DNA of 64,000 bases from Chiloscyllium plagiosum (Eukaryota), in assembly GCF_004010195.1 (NCBI RefSeq), contig NC_057718.1:37685592-37749591 (forward strand). Reading direction: 5' to 3'. Of this stretch, positions 1 through 12,204 are shown piece by piece. Within the stretch, counting starts at the first letter, position 1; each line of letters begins with the position of its first letter. A program made the translations under genes and the position numbers. The notes beneath the pieces are model-generated. The model ran no database searches. It was not told the origin of the DNA and saw nothing but the letters and a program-made list of their open reading frames with translations.

Positions 1-109
1 TGGGCCGAGTGCTGGCAGGTGGAACTAGATTGGGTTGGGATATCTGGTCAGCATGGATAGGTTGGACCGAAGGGTCTGTTTCCATGCTGTACATCTCTAT
101 GACTCTATG
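1..109 (+). mobile_element. CR1-clade LINE 3' terminus
   Basis: 3' UTR ...ttggaccgaagggtctgtttccatgctgtacatctctatgactctatg. The same tail ends the CR1 copies at ~16850, ~34615 and ~51410. Confidence 0.85.
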
Positions 110-1007
110 TATAATCTATAAACTGTTGGACTGAAGCCTATGGCTTTAGACAGTTAGTAATGATCAGAGGTAGTGATTATCATTTCTGCATAGATATAAA
201 GCTAATGCATTTCTCACTACCATGGAAGGAGAATAGAGAGGACATGTTGAGATCAGGTTACAGGCTTCCCTATAAATCCAGAAATACCACAGAAATGGGA
301 ATGCTGTTTTTGTATTTTAAGGCTTCAGCCAACTGAGAGGAAAGAATCAAAAGAAATAGCATCAGCTGCACCTCTACCTTCAAGAGAGCATGTTGATCCT
401 AGCATTCACCTCCCAAAATGCAGATAGGAAATGGTGCTCAGTTTGAAAACAAAATTAATGTGGAGTTAAATCAAGCTAAGATGGTTCATCTAGCACGAGC
501 TAGAAATATTAAGTCAGGAAAGCTCTAACTGTAGAGGATAAAATTTGGAAAGTGTTACAAATATCTTCTGCAAATTCATAATTTTAAAAATATAACTTTT
601 CATTTCAGGTGTATGACTTCTGCTTTGGGAATTGGAACATTACAATGTAAGTTAATTGGTTAACAAATATAAGAAAATTAACAGTCAAAAGGTTTATTCT
701 GATTTAAGAGATTAAAGCTAGAAATGGAGGATCATAAACAAAGAGAGTTTGCTTGTAGCTTTGCTAGTGGGCCAGCAAGTCTGGGAAGAATTGTTTTGCT
801 TTTGTTAGAAGTTTACATTATTCATTTCATTTCCTAGAATCAACAAAACCTTGATTAAAAGGTAGTTAATTTGCATTTTAAACTCTAAACAGTCTCTGTA
901 TGATACATTGCCATAAAAACTGTGATTCAGAATGGAGCCTTGCTTAGAAAATATAATGAGGAGATGTCAGTGTTGGCACCCTCATAAGAACAGAATACAA
1001 TTCTCAA

Positions 1008-2470
1008 CTCATTGATCGCCAGTTCCAACATGCCACTGTGAGAACCATAATGACCTCCTCAGGAGACAGACACGGAATGCAACCGATAGGGTACCCTTCG
1101 TTGTCCAGTACTTCCCGGGAGCAGAGAAATTACGCCATGTGCTTCGCAGTCTGAAACACATTATCGATGAGGATGAGCACCTCTCCAAGACTATCCCTAT
1201 GCCTCCACTTCTCGCCTTTAAACAATCACCAAATCTTAAATAGATCATTGTTCACAGCAAACTGCCCAGCCTTCGGACAACATTGACCACAACCCTGTAC
1301 AACCCTGTCATGGCAATCACGGCAAGACATGTCAGAATGTCGTCACGGACACCACCATTACATGTGGGGACACTACCCTCCATGTATGCGGCAGGTACTC
1401 ATGTGACTCAGCCAATGTTGTCCATTTCATACGCTACAGGCAAGGAAGCCCAGAGGCATAGTACATTGGCAAGACAAAGTAGAACGCTATGACAATGGAT
1501 AAATGGACACCGCACGATCACCAGGCAGGGATGTTCCCTCCCAGTTGGGGAACATTTCAGCTGTCAGGGACATTCAGCCTCAAACCTTCGGGAGACCACC
1601 CTCCAGGGCAGACTTCAGGATACACAACAACACAGAGTGGTCAGGCAGAGGCTGATAACCAAGTTCGATCCTCCTGAAGATGGCCTTAACTGGGACCTGG
1701 GGTTCAAACATGCCACTGTGACCCTACAGGTGACCCCACTATACTATATGCTCACTCGCATGCAAGCACATGTACACATACACCCTTACATACTCACACA
1801 TTCACACAGATCTTCTTGCATACATATGCTTTCTGTCAGACACACACATATATACCTCCCATACTCACACCCACGCGCATGTCCTATCACAGACTTATAC
1901 TCCATCACACTCATGGACACACTCTACCAAGTACACGCTCGTGCACATACACACACTTGCACTCTCTCCCACACTCACACTCTCACTCTCTCTCTCCCCA
2001 GATGCATTCTATTTTGTTTAAAAAGCACACAATCCACAGGCAGTCAATGCAGGCAGTCAAACCATGTAGCAGCTTATAAATTCCTACTTCCTAAATTCCT
2101 AGAAACAGTTTGACTCAAAATTGGAAAATAGACAGACTAATCTTCCACTCTTAATGCATTGCCTAAGCTGAGATTTCACCTTTGTCTTTAATAAAACTTT
2201 AAGTTATCTTGGGAACGTGATTTCAAAGAAGTTCTGGGATTTACATATTAATGAATCAAAACCTGCAACCCATTCTAAAAGATGAAAGAATTATCAGCAG
2301 TCTAGGCTTTTTTAAATATATCATATCAATTACATGACACTATGATCTTATGCTAGAAATTCTGTGTCTTATGATCCTGCCCCAGAAGCCACCTGACAAA
2401 GAAGCCGCGCTCCGAGCGCTGGTACTTCCAAATAAACCTGTTGGACTATAGCCTGGTGTTGGTGTTATTT
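1008..2470 (+). mobile_element. Penelope-like element, family B (Neptune-type): RT C-terminus/GIY-YIG remnant, CA-rich 3' region and degenerate pLTR
   Basis: Manual translation gives RVPFVVQYFPGAEKLRHVLRSLKHII...PPLLAFKQSPNLK...YSCDSANVV...YIGKT...PVGEHFS...QRLITKF...DGLN, with stops and frameshifts. Ends in aataaacctgttggactata. Reverse homolog at 36152-37280. Confidence 0.85.
1755..1997. repeat. Degenerate (CA)n/(CT)n low-complexity tract within the PLE 3' region
   Basis: Runs of cacaca and ctctct; these explain the His/Thr-rich spurious ORFs in the track. Confidence 0.8.
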
Positions 2471-4266
2471 AGAAAATATAAAAGGATTCATTTGCTTGAT
2501 TTACCTGTGACTGTTTGCTGAGAACGGTAAGCAGCTCAGTTTGGGGACAAACAGAGGCAGTTGGTCTAGTGTATACTACAACTTGTTGAAAGGGGAATGT
2601 CAAAGGAAATGATTGCTTGTCAGGTCTGCATTTAAGCAGATGAAATACTAACTTTATTGTTCACCCTGCAGATTGCTGGTGGATGGAAAATCTCAGTAGA
2701 TTTTGTCAGAAGAAAGCAGCTCGAAAATTTATCTTGATTGAAGTTAAGGGAAAACATTGACAGCGATCACCACAAAGTCTTGTGGCAGAATGCAGACATC
2801 TTGAATAGTTAGCTTGGAAGGAACTATAAAAATGCTGCAGACTAGGAAGGTTCAAAATCAGCGCTTGATAAATTGTGTTACTTTGCAATTGTCACAGTAA
2901 AATACTTCTAAAACATGAAATCTTGCCATGTGTCCTCCTTTCAGAAAGCAACTGAAGGTTTGAAAGTTTCTTCAAAAGTTATGGGTCTCTCGTGAGGTTA
3001 TAACACAAGCCTTCCAGGCAGGTTTACAACTCTCCTTACCTGTCTGGCATCAGCTCCAACTATGAGAAAAATCCCTCTCTACATTCAGAGCCTGGTTGTC
3101 AGGTTTTTTTTATTTTAAAGTGTACAACATCGGTTAGAGGAAGCCTCAAAATGAAGTAACCCTCTCTCTCTTTCACTCTTACTTGCTCTACAAGTTACTG
3201 AACCTTGAATACTGGAATGACTGCTCCTCACAGGAGTTGTGTTCCATTTAACCCAAAGTTGGAGTCCCAATGAAAAGGACAAACTCTTGTCGCCAAGTTC
3301 AATTCAAATCAAATGGAGCTAATCTTCTCCATTCTATTTTCTTCAGCTGTGTTTGGTTCTTCGGTATCTGACATCAGACCATCCAAAAGTGTCCTGATCT
3401 GCAATTACCAGATAAAACAAAGCTCAGGGACTCAGACCATTGGGATCTGTATGTTATTGAACTAAGTGGATTTCCTGGGTATTTTCTAGCATGTCATCCT
3501 TTATCAATGGTAATTATTAACAACTTATCCTGGAGCCATTGTTGTTACATTACTTTGTATGGATGAGGAGGAACTGGAACACGAATCCCACTAAACACAT
3601 CAAGCACCACATGGATCTGTCAAAACATTACACATAAGATGGGGTTGCTTGTTGTACCAGCCCAGCCCACAGACATTATAAGCTGTGAATCACCATCCTG
3701 GATATTCAAAGGAGCAAGGTATGAGGAGCCTCGCTCTTACCAGGCAAACTGCGAATGATTTATGTAGCATGTTTATTTTCCAGCTTTTTCTCTATCTCGC
3801 TCAGAAAAAATTTGACACTTCAGCCTCTGCCCTGATTGAGATTGGCATATTAGGATTCTATCCCAAGTTACACATGTTTAGGATTTTCGATAAAACCCAG
3901 TATTCTATGAGGTCATTTCTTTGCAAGATCACAGAGTCTATTCGGCCCATTTAAGTTACCTATTCAGTTAAACTTTCCAAGTAAATGGGATGACTTAGTG
4001 CCAATCTCCCACCATTTCCCCATACCCTGAACATATTTCATACTCAAATAATCACCTAATGCTGTCCTGGATGCTTTGATTGAACACACTTTCACCATCC
4101 TTCCAGGCAGGGCATTCCAGCCTAAAACCACTTGTTGCATGAGTTACCTTTGCTGCTTTTGCAGATTAATTTATACATGTATCCTCTTGATCTGGATCAT
4201 TTTACAGGCAGAAACAGTTTCTCCCTGTCTACTCTGTCCTGTCTCACCATGATCTTGAAAACCTCA

Positions 4267-4484
4267 GAGCTGAAAATGTGTTGCTGAAAAAGCGCAGCAG
4301 GTCAGGCAGCATCCAAGGAGCAGGAGAATCGATGTTTCGGGCATGAGCCCTTCTTCAGAAATGAGGAAAGTGTGCCAAGCAGGCTAAGATAAAAGGTAGG
4401 GAGGAAGGACTTGGGGGAGGGGCATTGGGAATGCGATAGGTGGAAGGAGGTTAAGGTGAGGGTGGCTATCGCATTTCCAAACGC
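4267..4484 (-). mobile_element. Penelope-like family A pLTR with upstream flank and hammerhead motif (core 4331-4358)
   Basis: Minus strand reads CTGAAGAAGGGCTCATGCCCGAAACATCgattctcctgctccttggatgctgcc. 4465-4484 is a short inverted copy of ~4420-4439. Confidence 0.8.
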
Positions 4485-4490
4485 ATATCG

Positions 4491-5036
4491 CATTGGCAGT
4501 GTGGAGGAACAGAAGGATCTGGGTGTGCAAGTACATAGATCCCTCAAAGCTGCCACCCAAGTAGATAGGATTGTTAAGAAAGCAGATGATGTTTGGCTTT
4601 CATTAACAGGGGGATCGAGTTTAAGAGCCGTGCAGTTTTGCTGCAGCTCTACAAGTCCCTGGTGAGACCACACTTGGAGTATTGTGTCCAGTTCTGGTCG
4701 CCCTACTGTAGGAAAGTTACAGAGGCTTTGGAGAGGGTGCAAAGAAGGTTTACCAGGATGCTGCCTGGACCGGAGGGCTTGCCTTATGAAGAAAGGTTGA
4801 ATAAGCTCGGACTTTTCTCTCTGGAGAGAAGGAGAAAGAGAGGAGACCTGATCGAGGTGTACAGCAGAGTCATTGGGGACATTTAAGCGACTGCTGGACA
4901 TGCAAATCGATAGCAGTGAGTTGAGGGGTGCATAGATTAAGTTACTATATTTAACATTAGGATTAAATCTCAGCACAACATTGTGGGCCAAAGGGCCTGT
5001 TCTGTGCTATACTTTTCTATGTTCTATGTTCTATGT
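4491..5036 (+). mobile_element. CR1 LINE 3' fragment with internal deletion
   Basis: ORF 4593..4886 reads LYKSLVRPHLEYCVQFWSPY...LERVQRRFTRMLPG...RGDLIEVY; (ttctatg)n tail at the 3' end. Confidence 0.9.
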
Positions 5037-6239
5037 AGTGTCTAATACAAGTTCAGCATAACCTCTGTGCTCTTATACTATGTGCTCTTATTAATGAAGC
5101 CTCGAATACTATATGTTTTATTTCTTGATCTCTCCGCATGTCCTGCTACCTTAAACAACATCTAGGTCCCTCTACTCCTGGACACCCTTTAACATTGCAC
5201 TCCTTATTTTGTATTGCCTCTCCATTTGCTTCCTGCCAAAATGAATCAAACCTCATACCACTCCACATTGAACTTCATGTTCCACCTATCTACCAACTTA
5301 TCTATGTCCTTTTGAAGCTCGATATTGTCCACCTGCAATGTTTCCAAGCTCTGTATCATCTGCAAACTTTGAAATTGTCTGTTCATGGCGAGATCTAGAT
5401 CGATAACCTGTAACAGGAATAGACAACAATCTTTTTAACCATACTCTTTACCAAGGTGTACTGTTAATATTGTTGAAAATGGGATCAAGCTGGTTAACTA
5501 ACATGGTGCATTTAAAATCTGTTTCACCCCACTTAGAGAACTTGGATTTAACACATATAAAAACCAATACTTCTCTGGCCCTGGAAAAAGCATGTTACGT
5601 TTCAGTATAACATTAGGATGGTCAGTCTGTGAAAAACAAAGAAAAAAATTCAGCATTTACCAAAATATCTTTTAAAAGGGTGTAATTGTGAATGCAGTGT
5701 CTCAAAGTGAAATTACTTAACTGATCTGGCCAGTGGTTGTTTTCTCCACCTAAGGGTCACTCTAACAGACATTGTTAGCTGCTGAGATGTGAAACTAAAC
5801 AGGTTCTATGAAAGGGGAGGCAGATAAGGTGATGATGATTGAGATGGTGAAAATATGAGCGACTTGTTACCATATCACCACCCGCAAACCTGTCATAAGG
5901 AAAAGCCCTAGGGGAAGTTTTTGATACAACGCATTATCCTTTCCCTGATAGAGAAACAAGGAATAGCTTTCATTTCAACGAAGCAAGGGAAGTAATGCAG
6001 GAAAGTGCCGACTTGTTCTTTTTAAACTCAGCCATTGATCCACAGAGCGGCACACTGGAGTTCAGTAAGTTTCTTCTTGCACCGATCATTCCAGCTCCTT
6101 AGGTTTGATGCTGTACCATTTCAAATTTTCCTTAAACGTATCTTCGTAGCACTTGTGTCACCAACTTTTGTTTCTTTTACAGACAAGAGCTGTCTCAGAA
6201 TGTCTCCATAGCAACTGTCTCAGAATGGTAGTCTTCCAT

Positions 6240-7069
6240 TCCGCCGCATCTGCTCCCAGGAGGACCAGTTCCAAAAACGCACAACCCAGATGGCCTCCTT
6301 CTTCAAGGACCGCAATTTCCCCCCCGACGTGGTCGACGATGCCCTCCACCGCATCTCTTCCACTTCCCGCTCCTCGGCCCTTGAGCCCCGCCCCTCCAAC
6401 CGCCACCAGGACAGAACCCCACTGGTCCTCACCAGGACAGAACCCCACTGGTCCTCACCAGGACAGAACCCCACTGGTCCTCACCAGGACAGAACCCCAC
6501 TGGTCCTCACCAGGACAGAACCCCACTGGTCCTCACCAGGACAGAACCCCACTGGTCCTCACCAGGACAGAACCCCACTGGTCCTCACCAGGACAGAACC
6601 CCACTGGTCCTCACCAGGACAGAACCCCACTGGTCCTCACCAGGACAGAACCCCACTGGTCCTCACCAGGACAGAACCCCACTGGTCCTCACCAGGACAG
6701 AACCCCACTGGTCCTCACCAGGACAGAACCCCACTGGTCCTCACCAGGACAGAACCCCACTGGTCCTCACCAGGACAGAACCCCACTGGTCCTCACCAGG
6801 ACAGAACCCCACTGGTCCTCACCAGGACAGAACCCCACTGGTCCTCACCAGGACAGAACCCCACTGGTCCTCACCAGGACAGAACCCCACTGGTCCTCAC
6901 CAGGACAGAACCCCACTGGTCCCCACCTACCATTCCTCATTCCTGAAGAAGGGCTTATGCCCGAAATGTCGATTCTCCAGTTCCCTGGATGCTGCCTGAC
7001 CTGCTGCGCTTTTCCAGCAACACATTTTCAGCTCTGATCTCCAGCATCCGCAGACCTCACTTTCTCCTC
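6240..7069 (+). mobile_element. Internally deleted Penelope-like family A element: RT C-terminal fragment, tandem array and pLTR with hammerhead (core 6943-6970)
   Basis: Translates RRICSQEDQFQKRTTQMASFFKDRNFPPDVVDDALHRI...HQDRTPLVLT (PLE RT C-terminal region), then joins directly to the pLTR ending cactttctcctc. Confidence 0.85.
6405..6922 (+). repeat. Perfect tandem array, 26-bp unit ACCAGGACAGAACCCCACTGGTCCTC, about 20 copies
   Basis: Unit starts at 6405, 6431 and onward to 6899; no substitutions seen until the final copy. Confidence 0.97.
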
Positions 7070-7107
7070 AAACATTCCAATTATATGCCTTACCCAGTGC
7101 AGTTGGT

Positions 7108-7272
7108 CTTTCAGGAACATTGCCTTAATAGTTGTTGCCTGGGTTCGGTTTAAAGTTTGAGATCCCAAACGTCGATTCTCCTGTTCCCTGGATGCTGCCT
7201 GACCTGCTGCGCTTTCAGGAACATTGCCTTAATAGTTGTTGCCTGGGTTCGGTTTAAAGTTTGAGATCCCAA
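7108..7272 (+). repeat. 61-bp perfect direct duplication (7108-7168 / 7212-7272) flanking a 43-bp family A pLTR fragment
   Basis: ctttcaggaacattgcc...gagatcccaa occurs twice around acgtcgattctcctgttccctggatgctgcctgacctgctgcg. Confidence 0.92.
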
Positions 7273-7934
7273 GGTTTTGAGATTTGTAATCTGGTTTTAT
7301 TAGTGTCTGCTGATGATAGATCAAAGAGCATGCATGTGAAATTCTTCTAACTGCTTTAACTCTTTATGGTGTAGTGTCCAGGATCACAGCCATAAAGGAG
7401 GAAAGTAATAACAATAACATTGCACATCTTTGTTGATGCAGACCTGCAAATTCTTCCTGTTCAGTTAGCAATCAAATTCCCTCCTGAATGTCTGTCAACT
7501 GAATCATTTAGGCAAAAATATCATCCTCTGTGATTTCAGCATAACCTCAATTATAGCTGCATCAATGATCATCAGCACCTCCTTGGGGTTGAGGGCCTGA
7601 AGGCAGCTCTAACCGTGCCCAACAGTTCAATGCAATGGTTCCTGGTTGGGGACCACATTGTGCTATAAGAGAAAGGGAGGTGGAAAAATAATTATGGTGC
7701 AATTTGTTTAGTTGATTGCGCCTGTCACAGTTGTAATATATGCAAGCTGTGGGATATGTTTATGAGGCTTGCAGCAGTGCTGCATGTGTGAGAGTGAGGT
7801 GAGGCTGTGATTCTTCGATCTCAGTGATATCTAGTACAAATTGTTCATACATGACTGAAGGGACTGTGATGAATGGAGCAGCATATGAAGCTAGTGGTTC
7901 ATTTTTAAGGATGTGGCAATTGAATATACGTTCA

Positions 7935-8490
7935 CTGACCTTGCTGACCCATGTAAACTCATTAAGCTTCTCGCAGCACTGCACCGAGGTTCCCAAATTG
8001 CTACTATTGATATGATAGCCGTTTGCTCCCACTATCTTCTTGTATCCATTAGGAGCGCCTTCTATCTTCGCTGAGGGAAGAAAACCTCTCTCCTCCTATC
8101 CATCATATTATGAATAGAATCCCTACAATATGGAAACAGGCCTTTTGGCCAACAAGTCGACACTACCCTCCGAAGAGTAACCCATCCAGACCCATTCCCC
8201 TACTTTTACCCCGACTACTGCACCTAACACTATGAGCAATTTAGCATGGCCAGTTCACCTGACCTGCACATCTTTGGATAGTGGAAGGAAACTGGAGCAA
8301 CCGAAGGAAATCCACAGGGAGAATGTGCAAATGCCACACAGTCACCCGAGGCTGGAATCAAACCCAGATCCCTAGCGCTATGAGGCAGCAGTGCTAACCA
8401 CTGAGTGACATGCTGCCCATGTACTATATCAAGTGCTGCATTGGGGAACTTGAAAGCACGCTCTCTGAGATTCTTTTGTAACCAGTTCCA
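7935..8490 (-). pseudogene. Decayed Myb/SANT-like (PIF/Harbinger accessory ORF) exon, interrupted by an HE1 SINE
   Basis: Minus-strand RERAFKFPNAALDIV // RREVFFP...WEQTA..INSSNLGTSVQCCEKLNEF matches the F..L...RR.VLF..W..IA..VN..QCRKK.NDL pattern, followed by a GT donor-like site. Confidence 0.55.
8115..8419 (-). mobile_element. HE1-like tRNA-derived SINE
   Basis: Reverse homolog of 14112-14440, with A/B-box-like 5' region and CR1-like 3' tail. Confidence 0.85.
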
Positions 8491-9594
8491 GCACCTCCTC
8501 AAGTCAGAATACATATTGCCTTATAAAGGTGCAGACAGGATTATGTAATGCAAGCTAACTTTACCTGGTGCTAGCCTCACGTGAACTAGGAACCTCTGCT
8601 GTGACATGCAGTAGCATGTTTATTTCTGGGCTGTACACCACTAGCATTGAAACTAAAAATCACCATGAAGTTTACATATTGCATGCATCACTACATTCAA
8701 GGAGCAGGCTAATTATGCATGACAATCCCCCAGTCCATTTTCTGGTCTAATTTAACTATTCTCTCTAGGACTTTCAAGCTACCACTTTACCAATCACAAT
8801 GTAAAAAGATCATTTCAAGCGTTTTTGTGAGTAACTTTACTCATTTCATTTAAACTACTTTTGTAACATCTTCTTCATTATCCTGATCTGTACAGAATAT
8901 TTAATTATTAAAAGCTGTGAATCATCTCAGCTGCCATTTAAATCCTTGCTAACTGCATTTCTTGATGCAATTGATGCAAAACTATTGACTACGAAACATC
9001 TCAAGAGGATTATATATCAACAAACCCAATGAGAATATTCCTGTGATTTCTTTCACTCTCCAGTTTGCCTTGGTTTTCTCGATTTGGCTGACTGAGTGTT
9101 CCTTGCTCTCAGGATTTGGCTGTGATTCAGATCCATGCTGCTCTTTAGAGTTTTGCAGTGCTGCCCCACAAAGAGAGCTTTCATGATAATGGCGCCTTTC
9201 CATTCAAGATCATGCCAATATGCATTTTGAAATTCTCTGCTGTTACTATTCTCAGCAAAAGAAATTATATACAAGAGATCACTTAATGTTTATGGCTGAA
9301 TTGTCTGTGAGGATACAAATGCTGGTTTAGTTTACACCAACAGTCATCTTCCAAATTCTAAATGCTTGTTCCAAGTGTCATCTTTTAGTACCAGAAAACA
9401 CCCACCACTCCTCAGCTGAGAGTGTGGAGTGAGCGTAGGAAAATTTAACTTGCACGACTTAACTGCATGTCAATCATCAGACTTCTATCTGAACTGTAAT
9501 TTTGAGCAACAGGAAAAACCTTTACCAGAGATCAAGAGTAAGGATGCTGTGCAGTAAGGTCAAAAGATCCTAGTCAGGACAGAAGTTTGATTAC

Positions 9595-10262
9595 ATTTGA
9601 TTTATTATTGTCACATGTACCTAGATAGAGTGAAAAGTTTTGTTTTGTGTTCAGTACAGGCAGATCATACTGTACAAAGTGAATAAGGGTAATAGAACAG
9701 ACTGAAGAATGCAATGTTATGGTTGTAGAGAAGGTGCACAGAGAGTGAGATCAGCATTAAATTTAAAATTTGAGAGGTCCATTCTGAAGTCTACTAAGAG
9801 TGGAGAAGAACCTGTTTTTGAATCGATTTGCATGTGTATACAAATTTTAATATCTTCTGCCGGAAGAAGAGTGTGAAAGAGAGTATAACCAGGGTGGGAG
9901 GGATATTTGATTATGTTGGTTGCTTTCCCGAGGCAGCAGGAAGTATAGTTGGAGTCAATGGATGGGAGGCTGGTTTGCATGATGGACTGGGCTGTTTTCA
10001 GAACTCTCTGTAGTATCCTCCGCACTTGGGAAGAGCTGTTGCCAAACCATGCGGTGGTGCATTTGGTTAGGCTGCTTTCTACAGTAAGAGTCCTTGTGAA
10101 CATAACAAATTTCCTTAGCGTCCTGAGAAAATGGAGATGTGGTTGTGCATTCCATGGCGATTGTGTCGACATGGGTGGATGAGGACAGATTGTTGCTGGT
10201 CATCACTCCCAAGAATCCACCTGGGTCCATCTCCACCTCAGCACTACTGGTACAGACAGGGG
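9595..10262 (-). mobile_element. Rex1/Babar-type LINE 3' fragment
   Basis: ORF 9717..10172 reads HLHFLRTLRKF...VESSLTKCTTAWFGNSS...LQRVLKTAQSI...NIIKYPSHPGYTLFH. Related 3' tails at ~19885-19965 and ~26350-26440. Confidence 0.8.
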
Positions 10263-10864
10263 CATTTTATTTTGTTGATGTTGGGAAGCTTAACATCAGG
10301 GAGGCCCAGGCCTGTTGATGGACTCAATGAAGCACTTCTACTCATTATTGCCCACAAGGAAGCCAGAAAAGAAATGAAGGTAGCTACCCACCTGACCTCT
10401 CATAACCCTACTTCTTGATACTGGGTTTCTTTGGCATGTCTGACATAGGGCACACCTTGTGTACTCAGCCATTACAACCGGTTTGAAGATCCTAATTGCA
10501 GCAAAGGAACCCAGATTTTCCAAACTACTGAGCCACCCATACTCTTGGCAAAAACCTTTTCCAAAGCTGACAATGTTGCGGTTAATATGGTCATGAGAAA
10601 AGCATCTCCTGAATGCAGCAGAGAAGCCTGTGACCCATCACCCCATTGCTTATTAATAAGCAGCACGAAAATCAGGTTAATCCAAAAATAAAATAACAAC
10701 ACCAAAAGATTAGAAATTCTCAGCAGAAAGAAATATGAACCAAACTGACATTCTGGAGACTTTTGGTGACAAATGAGAGGAAATCCATCATCGATGTAGC
10801 TTTTTCTCTACTATCTGATACCTAACTGTCAATACCTTTGGATGCAAAGCCCCACAAAGAGCAA

Positions 10865-11975
10865 TATTTTTTTCTGGTTCATGGATGTCTTTGGGTAGGT
10901 CAGCATTTATTATCCATTAGTCCGAATTACCCAGAAGGTAAGAATTACTATAAAATCATTCACAAAGCTGGAATCACTTGTCAGCCAGACCAGGTAAGCA
11001 TGAGAGGTTTCCTTCCCTGAAAGACATTAATGAACCAAATGGGTTTTAACAATAATCAACAATGCATTCCTCGTCACTTTTAGGCTTGCCTTTTATTCCC
11101 AATTTTTATTGAATTGAAAATTCATCATCTGCCAAGGTGGGATTGGAAACCATTTCCCAAAACATTAGCCTGGTTTATGGTTCACTTGTCCACTAAAGTT
11201 ACCTTTACACCCCACTGCCTCCCCATTGCTCTGTTAAAAGATGATAATGAGCTGTCTCTTCTTGAACCACAGCAGTTGTTTTGGTGTTAGGAAGGGTGTC
11301 CCAGTGTTTTGACACTCTTACTACCCTCAGTACTTCCTCCAAGTGATGTCGAACATGGAGCAGTACCGATTCATCAACTGAGCAGAGTGGGGGTGTGGTA
11401 TACAATAACTTTGAGGAGGTTTACTTGTCCTTATTTGACCCAGCTGCCATGAGACTTTAAAAGGTCCTGCCCTTGGGATAGGACATACCCCGAGATGCTG
11501 ATAGTGGTGTTTGGGATGTAGTCATGTTAATCATACCTTCCAGACGATGTCAAACTGTTGCTGGACTATAGTATGGGACAGCACTCCTGATCTTGGCCCA
11601 TATCCCCAGATGTTAGTAAATCGGATATTTCAGGATTTGCCATTGCTGTTTGTGATGCCTAAATTGATGCACATCAATCTGGTTTCCATTCCTTTCTTTC
11701 GGTTTTGTAGTAGTTTGATGTGATTGGGTAGATTGTCAATCCTTTTTAGACAGAAAAGCATGTTGCTAAAGTCATATGCAGGCCACACCACACAATGACA
11801 GCAGATTTCTTTCCCTAAGGGGCATTGAAGAACCAGATGGGTGTCCACCACCATGAGTATATGGTCACCTTTAGAGTCTCCTTTAATTCAAGATTTTCAT
11901 TGAAGTCAATGAATTTTGAGGTTTCAGATTCATGTCCTTACATGATTAGCCTGGGACTCTGGATTACTGGCCAAA
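10865..11975 (-). mobile_element. Degenerate SINE copies (family of 60795-61130) plus LINE scraps
   Basis: Reverse similarity to the SINEs at 27357, 60795 and 62125 (e.g. tttccttccctgaaagacattaatgaacca, tcatcatctgccaaggtgggatt). Confidence 0.55.
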
Positions 11976-11979
11976 TGCC

Positions 11980-12158
11980 ATTTGGAGTTGGTTTGGGGAG
12001 CTAGTTTATGATGCAGAGTGATGCTAACAGTGTGGATTCAATTCCTTCTCAACCTCTCCCCTCGCCTGAGCCATGGTGATCCCCAGGTTAAACCACCACC
12101 TGTTTACTCTCACCAATAAGAGGGCAGGTCTCGGGTCTGGTAGGACAATGGCGACTTA
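11980..12158 (+). mobile_element. Short tRNA-derived SINE (second copy at 56480-56670)
   Basis: Both copies share gatgcagag...ggttcaa[tc]tcc (B-box-like)...ttctcaacctct...tggtga.ccc.ag.ttaaacca...ggac[at]atg[ga][ct]gactt. Confidence 0.6.
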
Positions 12159-12204
12159 TTACAAGATCACCTCCTCTGACAAGATAATCTGTTTGTTATG
12201 ATAA

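Larger units (their letters stand above)
4010..5420 (-). mobile_element. Old CR1 fragment (4010-4265 and 5040-5420) split by younger insertions
   Basis: Reverse-complement similarity to the CR1 RT 3' region (e.g. gtatcatctgcaaactt = K-F-A-D-D-T on the minus strand near 5352-5369). Confidence 0.55.

Noticed and set aside
1637..2113. His/Thr-rich ORFs
   Set aside because: They derive from CA-rich low-complexity sequence.
6405..6922. CRISPR array
   Set aside because: The repeats are contiguous with no unique spacers, there are no cas genes, and the context is eukaryotic.
6153..7037. 294-aa and 218-aa ORFs as novel repeat proteins
   Set aside because: They are open only because the stop-free 26-bp unit cycles through all frames; the flanks are PLE remnants.
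5460..9400. Very old copia/gypsy-like coding remnant on the minus strand (also 18950-19550 on +)
   Set aside because: Only faint motif hints (possible zinc knuckle, KEL..W); not supportable without a profile search.
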